NCBI GenBank assembly: GCA_963750165.1
Contig: CAVVPN010000003.1
Location: forward strand, 2,688,001-2,752,000
Direction of reading: 5' to 3'
Length of the DNA: 64,000 nucleotides
From: an uncultured Gemmataceae bacterium
Lineage (GTDB): Bacteria; Planctomycetota; Planctomycetia; Gemmatales; Gemmataceae
This document shows, piece by piece, positions 40,506-51,214 of this stretch. Under the pieces are notes generated by a model. The model was not told the DNA's origin. It ran no database searches and saw only the letters and a list, made by a program, of their open reading frames with translations. Position 1 is the first letter of the stretch. Each line of letters begins with the position of its first letter. The translations under genes were made by a program, and so were the position numbers.

Positions 40506-41492
40506 ATGAGCACGCCAATGCTTCAGAACCCGGTGGCCCCGACCGCAGGGGAACTACCCCCGGAGGCCGCCGCCCGGTTGCGGGGGATCATTGACGGGAA
40601 CTATCACCGCGGCGGCCTGAAGTGCCAGCGGTTGTTCCGCGTGGACGACCAGTTTTTCGCGACTCTGGTGGCGGAAGTGAAAACATTGGTCGAGAAATAC
40701 ACGCCGTCCGCCGTCAAGGACAAAGACCATGTCACCAACTGGACGAACCCGTACGGGACCGCCGTCCAGTTCTCGCTGTTCAACGAGTCCGGCAAATTCG
40801 ACGATTTCTCGACGGACCACAACCGCACCCGGCAGGGCAAGCGGTTCCATTACGCCGAAGAATTCCCGACCCTGGCCCGGTTCATCGACGCATTCCCCCA
40901 CGCCTACAACATGCGCCTGAACGGCATGGGCAAAAAATCCGGCCTGTCGCCCCATGAGGAACACGTGGTGTCGCAGTCCTCGGACGGCAACCACGTCCAG
41001 GTCCGCGCTCGCTTCCATCTGCCCGTGGCCACGAACCCTGGGGCCGAGATGTTTCTCGATGGGGAAGTATTCCATTTTGAAGCGGGCTCGGTCTACTTCT
41101 TCAACAACGGTTGCATTCATTCGGCGTCGAACTCTGGCGAGACGTTCCGGTATCACTTTGTCTGGGACACGCTGCTGAACCAGGAAGCGCATGACTGGAT
41201 GTTCGTGGGCTCCCAACCTGCCCGCGAGGTGGAGTTCTTGCGGCGGCTCCACGGGGACGACACAGTGTGCCAGCCGTTGCGTCAGCTCCGCATCGGCGCC
41301 TACGCGCCCAGCGGCGAGGGGATGCGGCTGTACGACAAGTTCAAACTCAAGTACCTGCTGATCAAGCCGCACTGGTGGCAGAACTTTTACAACGGGCGCG
41401 AATACCGTCAGGTCTCGAAGATGCCGGTGCGCTGGTGGGAGTCCGCCACGGCGGACGCCGGGCAGATGTACGGTCACGACATCCGTGATTAA
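40506..41492 (+). CDS. Aspartyl/asparaginyl beta-hydroxylase-like 2OG-Fe(II) oxygenase
   Basis: LSPHEEH, RFHLPV, GSVYFFNN..IHSASN..RYH. Confidence 0.75.
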   Translation: MSTPMLQNPVAPTAGELPPEAAARLRGIIDGNYHRGGLKCQRLFRVDDQFFATLVAEVKTLVEKYTPSAVKDKDHVTNWTNPYGTAVQFSLFNESGKFDDFSTDHNRTRQGKRFHYAEEFPTLARFIDAFPHAYNMRLNGMGKKSGLSPHEEHVVSQSSDGNHVQVRARFHLPVATNPGAEMFLDGEVFHFEAGSVYFFNNGCIHSASNSGETFRYHFVWDTLLNQEAHDWMFVGSQPAREVEFLRRLHGDDTVCQPLRQLRIGAYAPSGEGMRLYDKFKLKYLLIKPHWWQNFYNGREYRQVSKMPVRWWESATADAGQMYGHDIRD

Positions 41493-41507
41493 AACGGGTT
41501 GCAGTCG

Positions 41508-41547
41508 TGTCCGGTAGCCGAAGTCTCACGACTTCGGCTACCGGACA
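41508..41547. repeat. GTAG-type REP hairpin
   Basis: Perfect 18-bp arms tgtccggtagccgaagtc / gacttcggctaccggaca; resembles the inner hairpin at 10361. Confidence 0.8.
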
Positions 41548-41584
41548 TCGCTACCGCCACGAGCGGAGATTACGGGAAGGGGAG

Positions 41585-42649
41585 ATGAGCATTCTCGACG
41601 GACTGCGCTGGCGCTATCAGAGCTACATTGCGCCGTATCGGGCTCTCTACCGAGGGCCGGGGACCATGGTGCGCCGCTACCTGGCGAACCGCAAGGCGCT
41701 GGCAGCCGAGCGCCCCGTGGCCTTCATCTACGCCGAGCCTTCCAACAGCGGCGACTACGCTTCGTATCTGGGAGTCCGGCATCTGGTAGGACAAGCTGGT
41801 GTGGAATTGTTTGCCGCGTCCCTGGCCCTGAAGGAGACGGTGCGGACACTATCCCGGCCGCCAGGGCCGGGTCGTCGGTGGCAGGCGGTGTTCGTCGGTG
41901 GCGGCGGCCTGTTCCAGAACTGTTTCGACGGCTTCTGGGAGCGGCTGCTGGAACTGGAAGTGCCGCTTGTGGTGTTCGGCGTTGGCGCCAACCAGGCGGG
42001 GAACTTCCGGCAGGTGTTGGCCCCGGAGATGCGCCGGCGACTGGTGGCGAAGGCCGTCGCGGTTCATGTGCGGGACCGCTTCACCCAGCAACTGTTTGCC
42101 GACTACCCAGGAGCATCCGTCACCGTCGGGGTCTGCCCGTCTGTGAATTACCTCCATGAAGCGGGGCGCGACTTGCCGAGAGCGGCCAGCCACCTGCTGC
42201 ACGTGTGCCACCCGGCAGACCTGAGCTTGACGGGGGTCAGTCTGCCGGAGTTGCGCGCGACGCTGCGGTCGCTGAGTGCGCGCCTGGGGTTGGCCTACGA
42301 TGAGACGGACCACCTGGCGGGTCTTGATGGCGGACTGTTGCGGCGGTACGCCCGTGCCGCTCTCGTGGTGTCCAGTCGGTTGCACGGCTGCATTTTTAGT
42401 TACGCCCTGGGCAAACCGTTTCTGGCGATCGAGTGTGACCGGAAAGTCGGCGCCTTCCTGGAGTGCCATGCACAGGACGCCCCTTGCCTGCAGGCCCGCA
42501 CGGCCCTGACCCGGCTCTCGCCGGACCTGCTCGCCGAGGCCGCCCGCCGGCCACCACAGTCGGATCGGCTGGCCCGGATGGCTGACAACGTAACCGTCAT
42601 GCGCGGCATTTGCGAAATGCTCTCTGACACTCCCGTCACCGCGGGATGA
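41585..42649 (+). CDS. Polysaccharide pyruvyl transferase family protein
   Basis: NSGD, GGGGLF, VRD, SRLHG. Confidence 0.85.
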   Translation: MSILDGLRWRYQSYIAPYRALYRGPGTMVRRYLANRKALAAERPVAFIYAEPSNSGDYASYLGVRHLVGQAGVELFAASLALKETVRTLSRPPGPGRRWQAVFVGGGGLFQNCFDGFWERLLELEVPLVVFGVGANQAGNFRQVLAPEMRRRLVAKAVAVHVRDRFTQQLFADYPGASVTVGVCPSVNYLHEAGRDLPRAASHLLHVCHPADLSLTGVSLPELRATLRSLSARLGLAYDETDHLAGLDGGLLRRYARAALVVSSRLHGCIFSYALGKPFLAIECDRKVGAFLECHAQDAPCLQARTALTRLSPDLLAEAARRPPQSDRLARMADNVTVMRGICEMLSDTPVTAG

Positions 42650-42667
42650 CCTCTTTGGGGCACTGGA

Positions 42668-43597
42668 ATGAAGACGATTTCTCTCAACAATGCGACGGAA
42701 GCACGGCAGCCACTGCCGCCACCGAAGCGAATCGACCCGCCCACCGAGGCGCCGGACCCGCGCAAACTGGCAGGCTTGTTCCCCCCGTTTTCCAAGGGGC
42801 GGCGTGCGTTGACCGAGCACCGCGCCATCCTGAACCGCTTCAGCCCCGCCGCGCCGCCGTACGTCTCCTGGAACCTGGCCCGGTACACGAAGACCCTCGG
42901 CCTGCTGTCGAACTTCCTCTCCGCGGGCAACCGTTGGCTGGACATCAGTAGCGACCCCTGGTTCTGTCTGCTCGCCAACCAGCGCTTCCCTGGCGTGGAC
43001 CTCACTTCCACCGCGCTGACGACGGAGGAGGTGGACTTCCGTGAAGCTTCGGGCGGCGGTTGCTACCGACACACCCCCGTCGCTCTGGAACTGTCCGAGA
43101 AGACCACCGAGTTCCGGGTCGGCACCGGCTATGACGAGGTGACGGCGTTCGAGGTCATCGAGCACCTGCAGTTTCACCCGACCCCGTTTTTGATGGGGGT
43201 CAGCGATGCCCTGCGGGACGGCGGCAAGCTCATACTGACGACACCGAACGTCGCCTCCTGGAGCGTTATCTATCGGCTTTTCCGCGGCCAGCCGCCGCAC
43301 CAGACCCGGGCGTACGGCGGCCCCATGGATCATCGCAAAGAGTATACTGTCCATGAGATGAAGCTGTTGCTGAACTCTGCGGGCTTTCGCGTCGATTACA
43401 TCAGAACCTTTAACTGCTACACGAACGACCGCCTGGGGGTGTTGGCGAACGCCCTCTACCTGGGGGTACTCGGCTGGCACGCCGCCACCCTGCGGGCCGT
43501 CCCGGTGCGCAATTTGCTATTCCGAAGCGGATCGACGATGCTGATCGCCGCCACCAAGGTGGGCCCCTGTCAGCCGTCCGAAGTCATTGAGGTGTAG
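42668..43597 (+). CDS. Class I SAM-dependent methyltransferase-like protein
   Basis: FEVIEHL, LILTTPN, HRKEYT; atypical motif I WLDISSDP. Confidence 0.72.
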   Translation: MKTISLNNATEARQPLPPPKRIDPPTEAPDPRKLAGLFPPFSKGRRALTEHRAILNRFSPAAPPYVSWNLARYTKTLGLLSNFLSAGNRWLDISSDPWFCLLANQRFPGVDLTSTALTTEEVDFREASGGGCYRHTPVALELSEKTTEFRVGTGYDEVTAFEVIEHLQFHPTPFLMGVSDALRDGGKLILTTPNVASWSVIYRLFRGQPPHQTRAYGGPMDHRKEYTVHEMKLLLNSAGFRVDYIRTFNCYTNDRLGVLANALYLGVLGWHAATLRAVPVRNLLFRSGSTMLIAATKVGPCQPSEVIEV

Positions 43598-43640
43598 TCG
43601 CAAACCGTTCCGGCCCGTGAGCACTGTGGGTAAGGCGTTC

Positions 43641-44540
43641 ATGAAAATCTCCACCATCATCCCGGCTTACAACGCCGCCAAATTCATCCGGCAGAGCGTC
43701 ACGTCTGCCCTCGCGCAGCAGGGCGTCGATCACGAAGTCATCGTGGTCGATGACGGCTCCTTGGACGGGACCTGGGAGGCGTTGGCACCGTTCGGCAGCG
43801 CCATCCGCAAAGTGCGCCAGGCCAACGCCGGCCCGAGCCCGTCGCGCAACCACGGCGCCCGCCTGGCCACGGGCGAGTGGCTGGCCTTCCTGGACGCGGA
43901 CGACGAGTGGCTGCCGAACAAACTCGCCCGGCAGCTGGCGCTGGCGGACGCCCAGACCGGCATGGTGTACACCGACATCCTCAACTTCGGCCATTGCCCG
44001 CACGTGACCGAGCGGTTCTCGGACATCGTCCCGTTGTGGGAGGGGGACATCTTTGAACGCCTGCTGGTCGGGAATTTCGTGCCGACTTCCAGTGTGATGA
44101 TACGCAAGGACTGGTTCGACCGTTTGGGCGGCTTCGATGAGTCCCTGCGGGTCTGTGAGGACTGGGACCTGTGGCTGCGCTACGCGGGCCAGGGGGGTGT
44201 CGTCCGTCTGGTCCGCGAACCGCTGTCGCGGTATCGCTGGCACCAGACCTCGGCGAGCCGCAATCACGAACGCATGTTGAACGGGCGTCTCCAGGTCATC
44301 AAGCGTGCGCTGGCCATGCCGCGGACCCGGAATGTGCCGCGGGGCGTCCTCACCCAGGCGGTGGCCAACGCCTGGATGGCCTCTGCCTGGATGGCCGCCG
44401 AACACGACCAGCGCAAGGCCATTCACTGGTATCTGCGCTCGGTGTCGCTGTGGCCCTGGAACTTCCAAGTGTACAAGGAGATCGTCAAGTGCTGCCTCGA
44501 GCTGATGTGGTCCGGGTCGGTGTCGATGCGCGCTGCCTGA
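43641..44540 (+). CDS. GT2 glycosyltransferase
   Basis: IPAYN, VVDDGS, FLDADD, EDWDLW. Confidence 0.92.
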   Translation: MKISTIIPAYNAAKFIRQSVTSALAQQGVDHEVIVVDDGSLDGTWEALAPFGSAIRKVRQANAGPSPSRNHGARLATGEWLAFLDADDEWLPNKLARQLALADAQTGMVYTDILNFGHCPHVTERFSDIVPLWEGDIFERLLVGNFVPTSSVMIRKDWFDRLGGFDESLRVCEDWDLWLRYAGQGGVVRLVREPLSRYRWHQTSASRNHERMLNGRLQVIKRALAMPRTRNVPRGVLTQAVANAWMASAWMAAEHDQRKAIHWYLRSVSLWPWNFQVYKEIVKCCLELMWSGSVSMRAA

Positions 44541-45658
44541 ACACGCTTCACCTGCGCGGCATGGGCAAGTACATGTGGCAGGTAATCAACCACCTCTCGG
44601 CAACGGGCGAGGTGGACTGGCACCTGTTTTCGGATCGGCCCGACTGGCCTCTGCACGTGCCCGAGGAGGCCCGGGTGCGGCTGGACGTGTTCGAGCAGCG
44701 CGGCGAACGGTTTCGGCTCTGGGAACAGCTGGCGTTGCCCCGGGCGGCGCGGCGGGCGGCCGTGGACGTGCTCCACTGCACCGCCACCACCCTCCCCTGG
44801 TGGCAGCCGGTCCCCACCGTGGTGACCCTGCACGATGTCATCCCCTGGCTGACGGACGACACCGTCTGGTGCTCACGGTTCTTCCGCCGCGTGCTGGCCC
44901 GGGCCTTTTGGAAGTGCGCCGCCATCGTCACCGTCAGCGAGTATTCGCGGCAGGACATCATTCGCCTCTGGCCGGGCCTGGCGGACAAGGTCCACGCGAT
45001 CCTGCACGGCATCGACCGCGGCTACCTGGCGGCCACGCCGGCGCCGTTGCCGGACGCCCTGCAGGTGGCGGGCGTCCGCTCGCCCTACCTGCTCTACCTG
45101 GGCGGCGAGATGGAGCGCAAGCGCCTGCAGTGGGCCACGCAGATCCTGGAGCGGCTGGGAGATCCTGAGCTGCAACTGGTCGTGTGCGGTGTGGACGAGG
45201 CGGCCCAGGAGCGCGTCCGCGGACGGCTGAAGCCGGAGTTACACCGACGGCTGTGCTTCCTCCGCTTCATTTCCGAGGAGGACATGCCACGGCTGTACCA
45301 GAACGCAGCCGCGGTGCTCTATCCGACGCTGTACGAGGGGTTCGGCTTCCCGGTCGTTGAGGCCCAGGCCGTCGGCACGCCCGTGCTACACAGCGCGGTC
45401 AGCAGCCTGACGGAACTGCAAGGGCCGGGCTCGGTGGTGCTGCCCGTGGAGGACCTCGGCGCCTGGGTTGATGCCTGTCGCGCCCTGGTGGCGGAGCGGG
45501 GGCGCACTCCGCAACCGAACGAAACGTCCCGGCAGTGGGCGCGGCGGTTCTCGTGGGAAGCGTCCGCGGAGCGCCACCTGGAAGTGTACCGCCGGGCCGC
45601 CGGCCGCGACGGCCGAAGTTCATGCGGCACAGGGGCTAGAAATTTGGCACCGCATTGA
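44507..45658 (+). CDS. GT4 glycosyltransferase (start approximate)
   Basis: VTLHD, TVSEYS, YEGFGFPVVEA. Confidence 0.88.
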   Translation: MVRVGVDARCLNTLHLRGMGKYMWQVINHLSATGEVDWHLFSDRPDWPLHVPEEARVRLDVFEQRGERFRLWEQLALPRAARRAAVDVLHCTATTLPWWQPVPTVVTLHDVIPWLTDDTVWCSRFFRRVLARAFWKCAAIVTVSEYSRQDIIRLWPGLADKVHAILHGIDRGYLAATPAPLPDALQVAGVRSPYLLYLGGEMERKRLQWATQILERLGDPELQLVVCGVDEAAQERVRGRLKPELHRRLCFLRFISEEDMPRLYQNAAAVLYPTLYEGFGFPVVEAQAVGTPVLHSAVSSLTELQGPGSVVLPVEDLGAWVDACRALVAERGRTPQPNETSRQWARRFSWEASAERHLEVYRRAAGRDGRSSCGTGARNLAPH

Positions 45659-45754
45659 TCACAGAGTAAACTAGAGGGGAACCCTCGGGCACACTGCCCG
45701 ACGCCCTCACTGCCTGCCCTCCCTGCTCGACAGGCTCAATCTTCGAGGAACGTT

Positions 45755-48290
45755 ATGATCCGGTTCAACTGCCCTCACTGCCGCGCCAGCTTTCAGGTTC
45801 GCGAGGATCTGTCGGGGCGCGCGGGAACCTGTGCCAGGTGCGACCGCAAACTGCGCATCCCCCTCGCGCCCGTCCGCCGCTCGCTGCTGTTGCCGGCCCT
45901 GGCTGTGCTGACGCTGGTCGCGGTCGGCGGCCTCACCGCCTGGGTGGTCGCCACCAATCCCTTCGCCGGCTCCCAGGTCGAGGAGGGCGGGCAGCGTGCC
46001 GAATCCCCCGCCAGGCCCGCGGGCGACACCAGTCGGGGCCGGCCCGAGGGGCAGAAGAAGGGCGCCCTGGTGACTGCCGAGGGTGAAAAGAACCGGAAGA
46101 ACATTCCTGCCGAAAAGGAGCTAGCCCCGGCCGTCAACTCGACCCCCAATAAGTCCCCCGAGCGGGTGGTCGAGAAGAAGGAACTGGGAGAGAACACCAG
46201 CCCGGTCGAGGACAAGCCCCCCGTGCAGGTGGCCGAGAAAAAGGATCCGGGCAAGACCATCATCAAGAGCCTGGGAGGCGAGGCACTGTCCGCGGTGAAC
46301 CCGCCCAACGACGCGGGACAGGAAGCCAAAAAACCCGAGGAGCCGAAGAAGGCCCCGGAGCAACCGGGCGCGAAGCAGGCGCCCGCGAAGCAGGCCGCCC
46401 CCACGGTCAAACTGGCGGGCTGGAACGCGGTGGTTCGCTTCAAGATCGGCAACGAGGTGTACGTGGCGGCGCTGCCCAAGGAACTGGTCGCGGCGGCCTG
46501 GCTCGTTGGGCCGCTCGTCTCGGAAGGCCGGGTGGTGGTAGTGCCCGTGGAATCCCAGGACAAGGCCCACCCGTATTTGCGCGTGTTGTTCGACCTCCGC
46601 GCGTACAAGGGCGGCGGCAAGCGGCTGGACGTGACGGTGGAGAACACGCTGAACGTGGATGGGGCCACGGCCGTTACCTACGACGTGGACATCAAGGCGG
46701 GGGGCAAGACGCTCTTTCAGCGCGCCAACGTCAAGCACTACTACCTGGCGCGGTGGCGGAAGGTGTTCGCTCTCGGCTTGACCGAGTCCCTGGTGACGCC
46801 CGACTTTGAGCCCTTTATCCGAGCCAGGGCCATGCCGCGCTACCTGACCCGGGTGGCTGACCAGAACTACTCGACCGCGGGGGCGACCTTTGACCTGCTG
46901 AAACGCGGCGGTCTGGCGTACGACGCGATGGGGGCGCCGGGCGGCCGGCCCGAGTTAGGGCCCTACCCCGACTGGGTGGCCACCTACCAGGTCCACCGCA
47001 AGCCCCACCAACGCGCCTACCTGCTGGTCAACGGCGACCTGGCCGGCTCGCAACCGGTGCATATCCGCGAGGCGGACGGTACGCTCGTGTCGATTGACCG
47101 GCATCCCAAGTTCTGGCTGGACTTTCGCGGCAAGGACAACGGCCCGTTGGCCGACCGACCCAAAGGGGACTTGTCGGGTGCCGCCAGGGGTCCGCTCGGG
47201 CCAGACATGCAGCACCAGCCGTCGCTGGCGTACGTGCCCTATCTGGTGACCGGGGACCGCTTCTACGCCGACGAGATGAAGTTCTGGGCCAACTTCAACC
47301 TGTTGGCCGTCTCACCGTTCTACACGCGCAACGACAGTCAGGGCAGCCTCTTTGGGGATTTCGCCAACGGACCCAACGACTTTAGCCTCACCAACCAATA
47401 TGCCGGCGCCGCGCGGCACCGCCTGGCCGCTGCGCAACATGGTCGATGCGGTCGCTTACCTGCCGGACGACGACCCGGAGCGGACTTACCTGGCCCGGAA
47501 GCTGGAAAACAACCTGACCTGGGCCGACCAGTACGCCGCCAAACATGTCACGCCGCTGGGCACGTGTTTCGAGATGCACTCGGGGGCTCCACACACTAAT
47601 ATCAAGACAGGGGACCCGGTGATCTCCGTGTGGCAGAATAACTACCTGGCGTGGGCGCTCGACCATGCCCAGCAGCAGGGGTTCAAGGGCGGCCAGGCGC
47701 TGCGCGACCGGCTGGCGGACTTCCAGTTGAAGTTGTTCACTGGCGGCAAGGACTACCCGCGGGATTACGCCGCCCCTTACTACCCCCTCGTCGGCACGAT
47801 CGACAAGGCGAACAAGATCACCTTTTTCACCACCATGAAGGAACTGTTCGAGGCCACCAACCGCAAACCGGACGGTACGTTGTGGCCGCCGGTCCCCTTC
47901 AATGATTACGGCCGGGATGCCCGGCTGGCGCTGATGATTAGCATCCAGCAAGGCAAGAAGGAAGCCAAGGTGCCCTACGACTGGTTGATGACCCAGCTGG
48001 CCAGGGGCCGGCTCCAGGACGGCTTCGCCATCGCCCTGGAAACGGCCCCGAAGGCACCCAAGGCGGGCACTCCGCTCGGCAAGTACCTGTTGACCAGGGG
48101 CTGGGCGACCTTCGGGATTGCCCTGCCCCAGGGGGTAGCCAGGGGCGGCCTCAAGGTTGGCAAACTGCCGACCCAGACGGATGTGAAAACCACCTGGCCG
48201 GACGGCTCCATTCGGTTTGCCGTGGTGACCGCGTCAGTCGTCACGGCGGGAGCTTACTCGATTACCCCGGCCAAGCAGCCCGCTCAGTAA
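45755..48290 (+). CDS. Membrane-anchored large protein: Zn-ribbon, TM, Lys/Glu/Pro linker, putative carbohydrate-active region; frameshift at ~47400
   Basis: CPHC..CARC, TM helix, GGRPELGPYPDW, HQPSLAYVPYLVTGD; C-terminal TFG...PTQTDVKTTWPDGSIRFA. Confidence 0.7.
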
Positions 48291-48333
48291 GGCGGCTGTA
48301 CGCCGCCCACCGCGTCTGTGTGAAGGAGAGGCC

Positions 48334-49287
48334 ATGGCAGTGGGTCAGCAAACCGAGGGGGAAGCGGTGAGCCGGGGGGCGCTCGTCCGCGTCCCGTGTC
48401 CGCTCTGTGAGGGGTCGGCCACGGGACGCGAGCGCAGCGTCAACGGCTTCACCCTGGAGCGCTGCCTGCACTGCGGGTTCGTCTTCGTCAACCCGCAGTT
48501 GCCCCCCAGCGCGCTGCTGGAGCAGTACGGTCACACCGATGTCGCGGCCCAACTCGCCGTCTGGGCACGCATCAACACCCCCACCATGCTCGCGGATTAC
48601 GACCGCGTGCTGGGGGAACTGGAGGCCGTGCTGCCGGGGCGCGGACGGCTGCTGGACTTCGGCTGCGGGCCGTGCTACTTCCTGGAGCGTGCCGCGGCGC
48701 GCGGCTGGGACGCGCACGGCGTGGAACTCGCCGGCTGGTCGCGCGAGGCGGCTCGGGTCCGCAATGTGACGGAGCGCCTGCACGTGGGCCTGCTCGCCGA
48801 CCAGCAATTCCCCGACGGCCACTTCGATGTGGTGTATTCGAGCCAGGTTCTGGAGCACCTGGCCCGTCCGAAGGCCGACCTGCGAGAGCTGTGGCGCGTG
48901 CTGCGGCCGGGCGGCGTCCTGTACCTCAACGTGCCGAACTACCACCGCCTGCCGGTGATGTTCCACATGGACGATTTTGTGCTCGACATGCCCATGGCGC
49001 ACGTCAATTACTTCACCCCGCGGAGCCTCGGCCGCCTGGCGGAGGAGTGTGGCTTCCGCGTGCTGCGCGTGACCACCTATGGCGGTCTGAAGTGGGAGAA
49101 CCTGCTCGGGCGATCCATCACCAGCGAGGTGGTGGACGCCGTGAACGCCCCCACCCAGGCCCCGCCCCCAACGAGCGTGCGCCGGCGCTCGCTGCCGGCA
49201 CGCCTGCTCGCGCCCCTGGTCAAGACGGTGGCCTACCGCTGGGCCAAACTCGGCCTGACCCTGGAACTGTTCGCCCGACGGCCGTAA
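48334..49287 (+). CDS. Class I SAM methyltransferase with N-terminal Zn ribbon
   Basis: CPLC..CLHC, LLDFGCG, VLEHL. Confidence 0.88.
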   Translation: MAVGQQTEGEAVSRGALVRVPCPLCEGSATGRERSVNGFTLERCLHCGFVFVNPQLPPSALLEQYGHTDVAAQLAVWARINTPTMLADYDRVLGELEAVLPGRGRLLDFGCGPCYFLERAAARGWDAHGVELAGWSREAARVRNVTERLHVGLLADQQFPDGHFDVVYSSQVLEHLARPKADLRELWRVLRPGGVLYLNVPNYHRLPVMFHMDDFVLDMPMAHVNYFTPRSLGRLAEECGFRVLRVTTYGGLKWENLLGRSITSEVVDAVNAPTQAPPPTSVRRRSLPARLLAPLVKTVAYRWAKLGLTLELFARRP

Positions 49288-49351
49288 GGCCGCGCCCGGT
49301 TCGTGCCCGCACGGTGGGAAACTTCAACCCTTGAAACGTCGAGGTAGGTTC

Positions 49352-50281
49352 ATGGCCTGGTTGGCAGAGCGAGTGCTGTATCGGCTCGTCAAGCTGTTTT
49401 ACCACACCGAGATTGCCCACAGCCGCCAGATGAAGGCGGCGGAGTCGGACATGGCCCTGTGCAGCGCGTACCGGCGCGGCGACGTGGTGCGCGTGCTCCG
49501 GGCCGCGCAGGCCTACGGCGTGCCGCTGGAGGGCCGCACCGTCCTCGACCTGGGTTGTAGCGACGGCAGTCTCACCTCTCAGTACGTTCAGTACGGCCCC
49601 GCCGAGGTGATCGGCGTGGACGTGCGCGCCGAGGAGGTCGCCCGCGCCCGGCAGCTGGCCGCGGGGCCGGGACTGCGCTACCTGGTCAGCACGCCGGACA
49701 CCATCCCGCTGCCCGACGAGAGCGTGGACGTGGTCGTCAGCTACGACGTGTTCGAGCACGTAACGCAACCGGCCGTCATCCTCCGCGAGTGCAGCCGGGT
49801 GCTGCGGCCGGGCGGCCGGATGCTGATCGGCACCTGGGGTTGGTATCATCCCTTCGCCCACCACATGTGGGCGACCATGCCGGTGCCCTGGGCCCATGTC
49901 CTGTTCTCGGAGCGGACGGTGATGCGGACCTCCCGCCGTGTCTACCTTTCGCCCTGGTACGAGCCGCGCATGTACGACCTCGACGTGCACGGACACAAGA
50001 TCCCCGACAAGTACACGGCGGACGTGATCCCGGTGGATTACGTGAACAAGTTTTTGATCCGCGACTTTGAAGACGCCTTTAAGTCCACCGGACTGCCGTA
50101 CAAAATCAACCTGGAACCGTTCGGCTCCCGGTATGCGCGGTGGACCCGGCTGTTTCTGCGCTTCCCGTATCTGCGGGAATATTTCGCGTCCTACTTCTGG
50201 GCCACGCTGACGAAGCCGGAGCGGGGACAGGCCGCCGCCCAGGCCCGTCGCCAGCCCGCGGTTGTGTTGCAGGCGAATTGA
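49352..50281 (+). CDS. Class I SAM methyltransferase
   Basis: VLDLGCSDG, DVFEHV, RVLRPGG. Confidence 0.88.
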   Translation: MAWLAERVLYRLVKLFYHTEIAHSRQMKAAESDMALCSAYRRGDVVRVLRAAQAYGVPLEGRTVLDLGCSDGSLTSQYVQYGPAEVIGVDVRAEEVARARQLAAGPGLRYLVSTPDTIPLPDESVDVVVSYDVFEHVTQPAVILRECSRVLRPGGRMLIGTWGWYHPFAHHMWATMPVPWAHVLFSERTVMRTSRRVYLSPWYEPRMYDLDVHGHKIPDKYTADVIPVDYVNKFLIRDFEDAFKSTGLPYKINLEPFGSRYARWTRLFLRFPYLREYFASYFWATLTKPERGQAAAQARRQPAVVLQAN

Positions 50282-50334
50282 GTAGTTGGGCCGTTGTTTC
50301 CCGATCCGTATCTCGAGCCAGCGTGAGGTGCCTA

Positions 50335-51165
50335 GTGACTTCGAGTGCGCAACCCCAGACGGACTCACGACCCCTTGAGGCCAGCCTGAACCCGGGCGCC
50401 GCGGCGCACCTGCCGCGGTCAACCGATCAAGCCGAAGCCCGAGTGCGCGGGCTGCTGGAGCAGGTCTACGGTGTCGCCCGCGACGCAGGCGATGACGCCT
50501 TCGTGCGCGCGGGCATGAGCGTCTCCGAGCTGGTGCGGCTGTACGAACTGGTCAGCGCCAATGGCTGCCGCTCCGCTCTGGAAGTAGGCATGGCCACCGG
50601 CACCAGTTCCCTGGCGATCTGCGCGGCGCTTGGGGACAACGGCGGCGGGCGCCTGGCGTCGATTGACCCGTTCCAGTCGTCGGCCTCCGGCTACGCTTCG
50701 GCAGGGGTCGAGAACCTGCGGAAAGCTGGGTTCGAGGGCGCGCACCGCCTCATCGAGCGGCCCGACTATCTCGCCCTCCCCGAATTGCTCGCTCAGGGGG
50801 AGCGGTTCGATTTCATCCTGATCGATGGCTGGCATTCGTTCGACTTCACCCTCGTGGACCTGTTCTACGCGGATCTGCTGCTGCGGACGGGTGGGGTGCT
50901 GGCGTTTCACGACACCACGGCCCCCCAGGTTTACAAGGCGGTTCGCTTCCTGGAACTGCACAAGCCGTACGAACGCCTGTCCCCGCCGTTGGCGAGGCAT
51001 ACCCCGTCTCTGGTCGGCAAGGTGGCGCGGCGCGTGCGGACCTGGCTGCGAGGCCCGGCTGCCCTGGCCGGGGCGAAGGAACGGCGTGAGAAATGGCGGA
51101 TGTTGGCCGCTTACCGCAAACAGGCCGATTCGCAAGTCGCCGAGGACCACGGGACACGGTTTTAG
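50335..51165 (+). CDS. Class I SAM methyltransferase (Methyltransf_24-like; start approximate)
   Basis: LEVGMATGTS, IDPF, LIDGWH, FHD. Confidence 0.85.
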   Translation: MTSSAQPQTDSRPLEASLNPGAAAHLPRSTDQAEARVRGLLEQVYGVARDAGDDAFVRAGMSVSELVRLYELVSANGCRSALEVGMATGTSSLAICAALGDNGGGRLASIDPFQSSASGYASAGVENLRKAGFEGAHRLIERPDYLALPELLAQGERFDFILIDGWHSFDFTLVDLFYADLLLRTGGVLAFHDTTAPQVYKAVRFLELHKPYERLSPPLARHTPSLVGKVARRVRTWLRGPAALAGAKERREKWRMLAAYRKQADSQVAEDHGTRF

Positions 51166-51214
51166 GCCCCGCGTTCGCGAACACCGCCGGCGGATTGGTG
51201 AAGGAACCGTCGTC

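Noticed and set aside
45645..45660. TGGCAC as a sixth sigma54 promoter
   Set aside because: No GC at the required GG-N10 spacing (reads AT)
46080..46400. Quasi-repeats (EKKELG/EKKDPG, AKQAPAKQAA) as a repeat element
   Set aside because: Low-complexity linker coding sequence within the CDS
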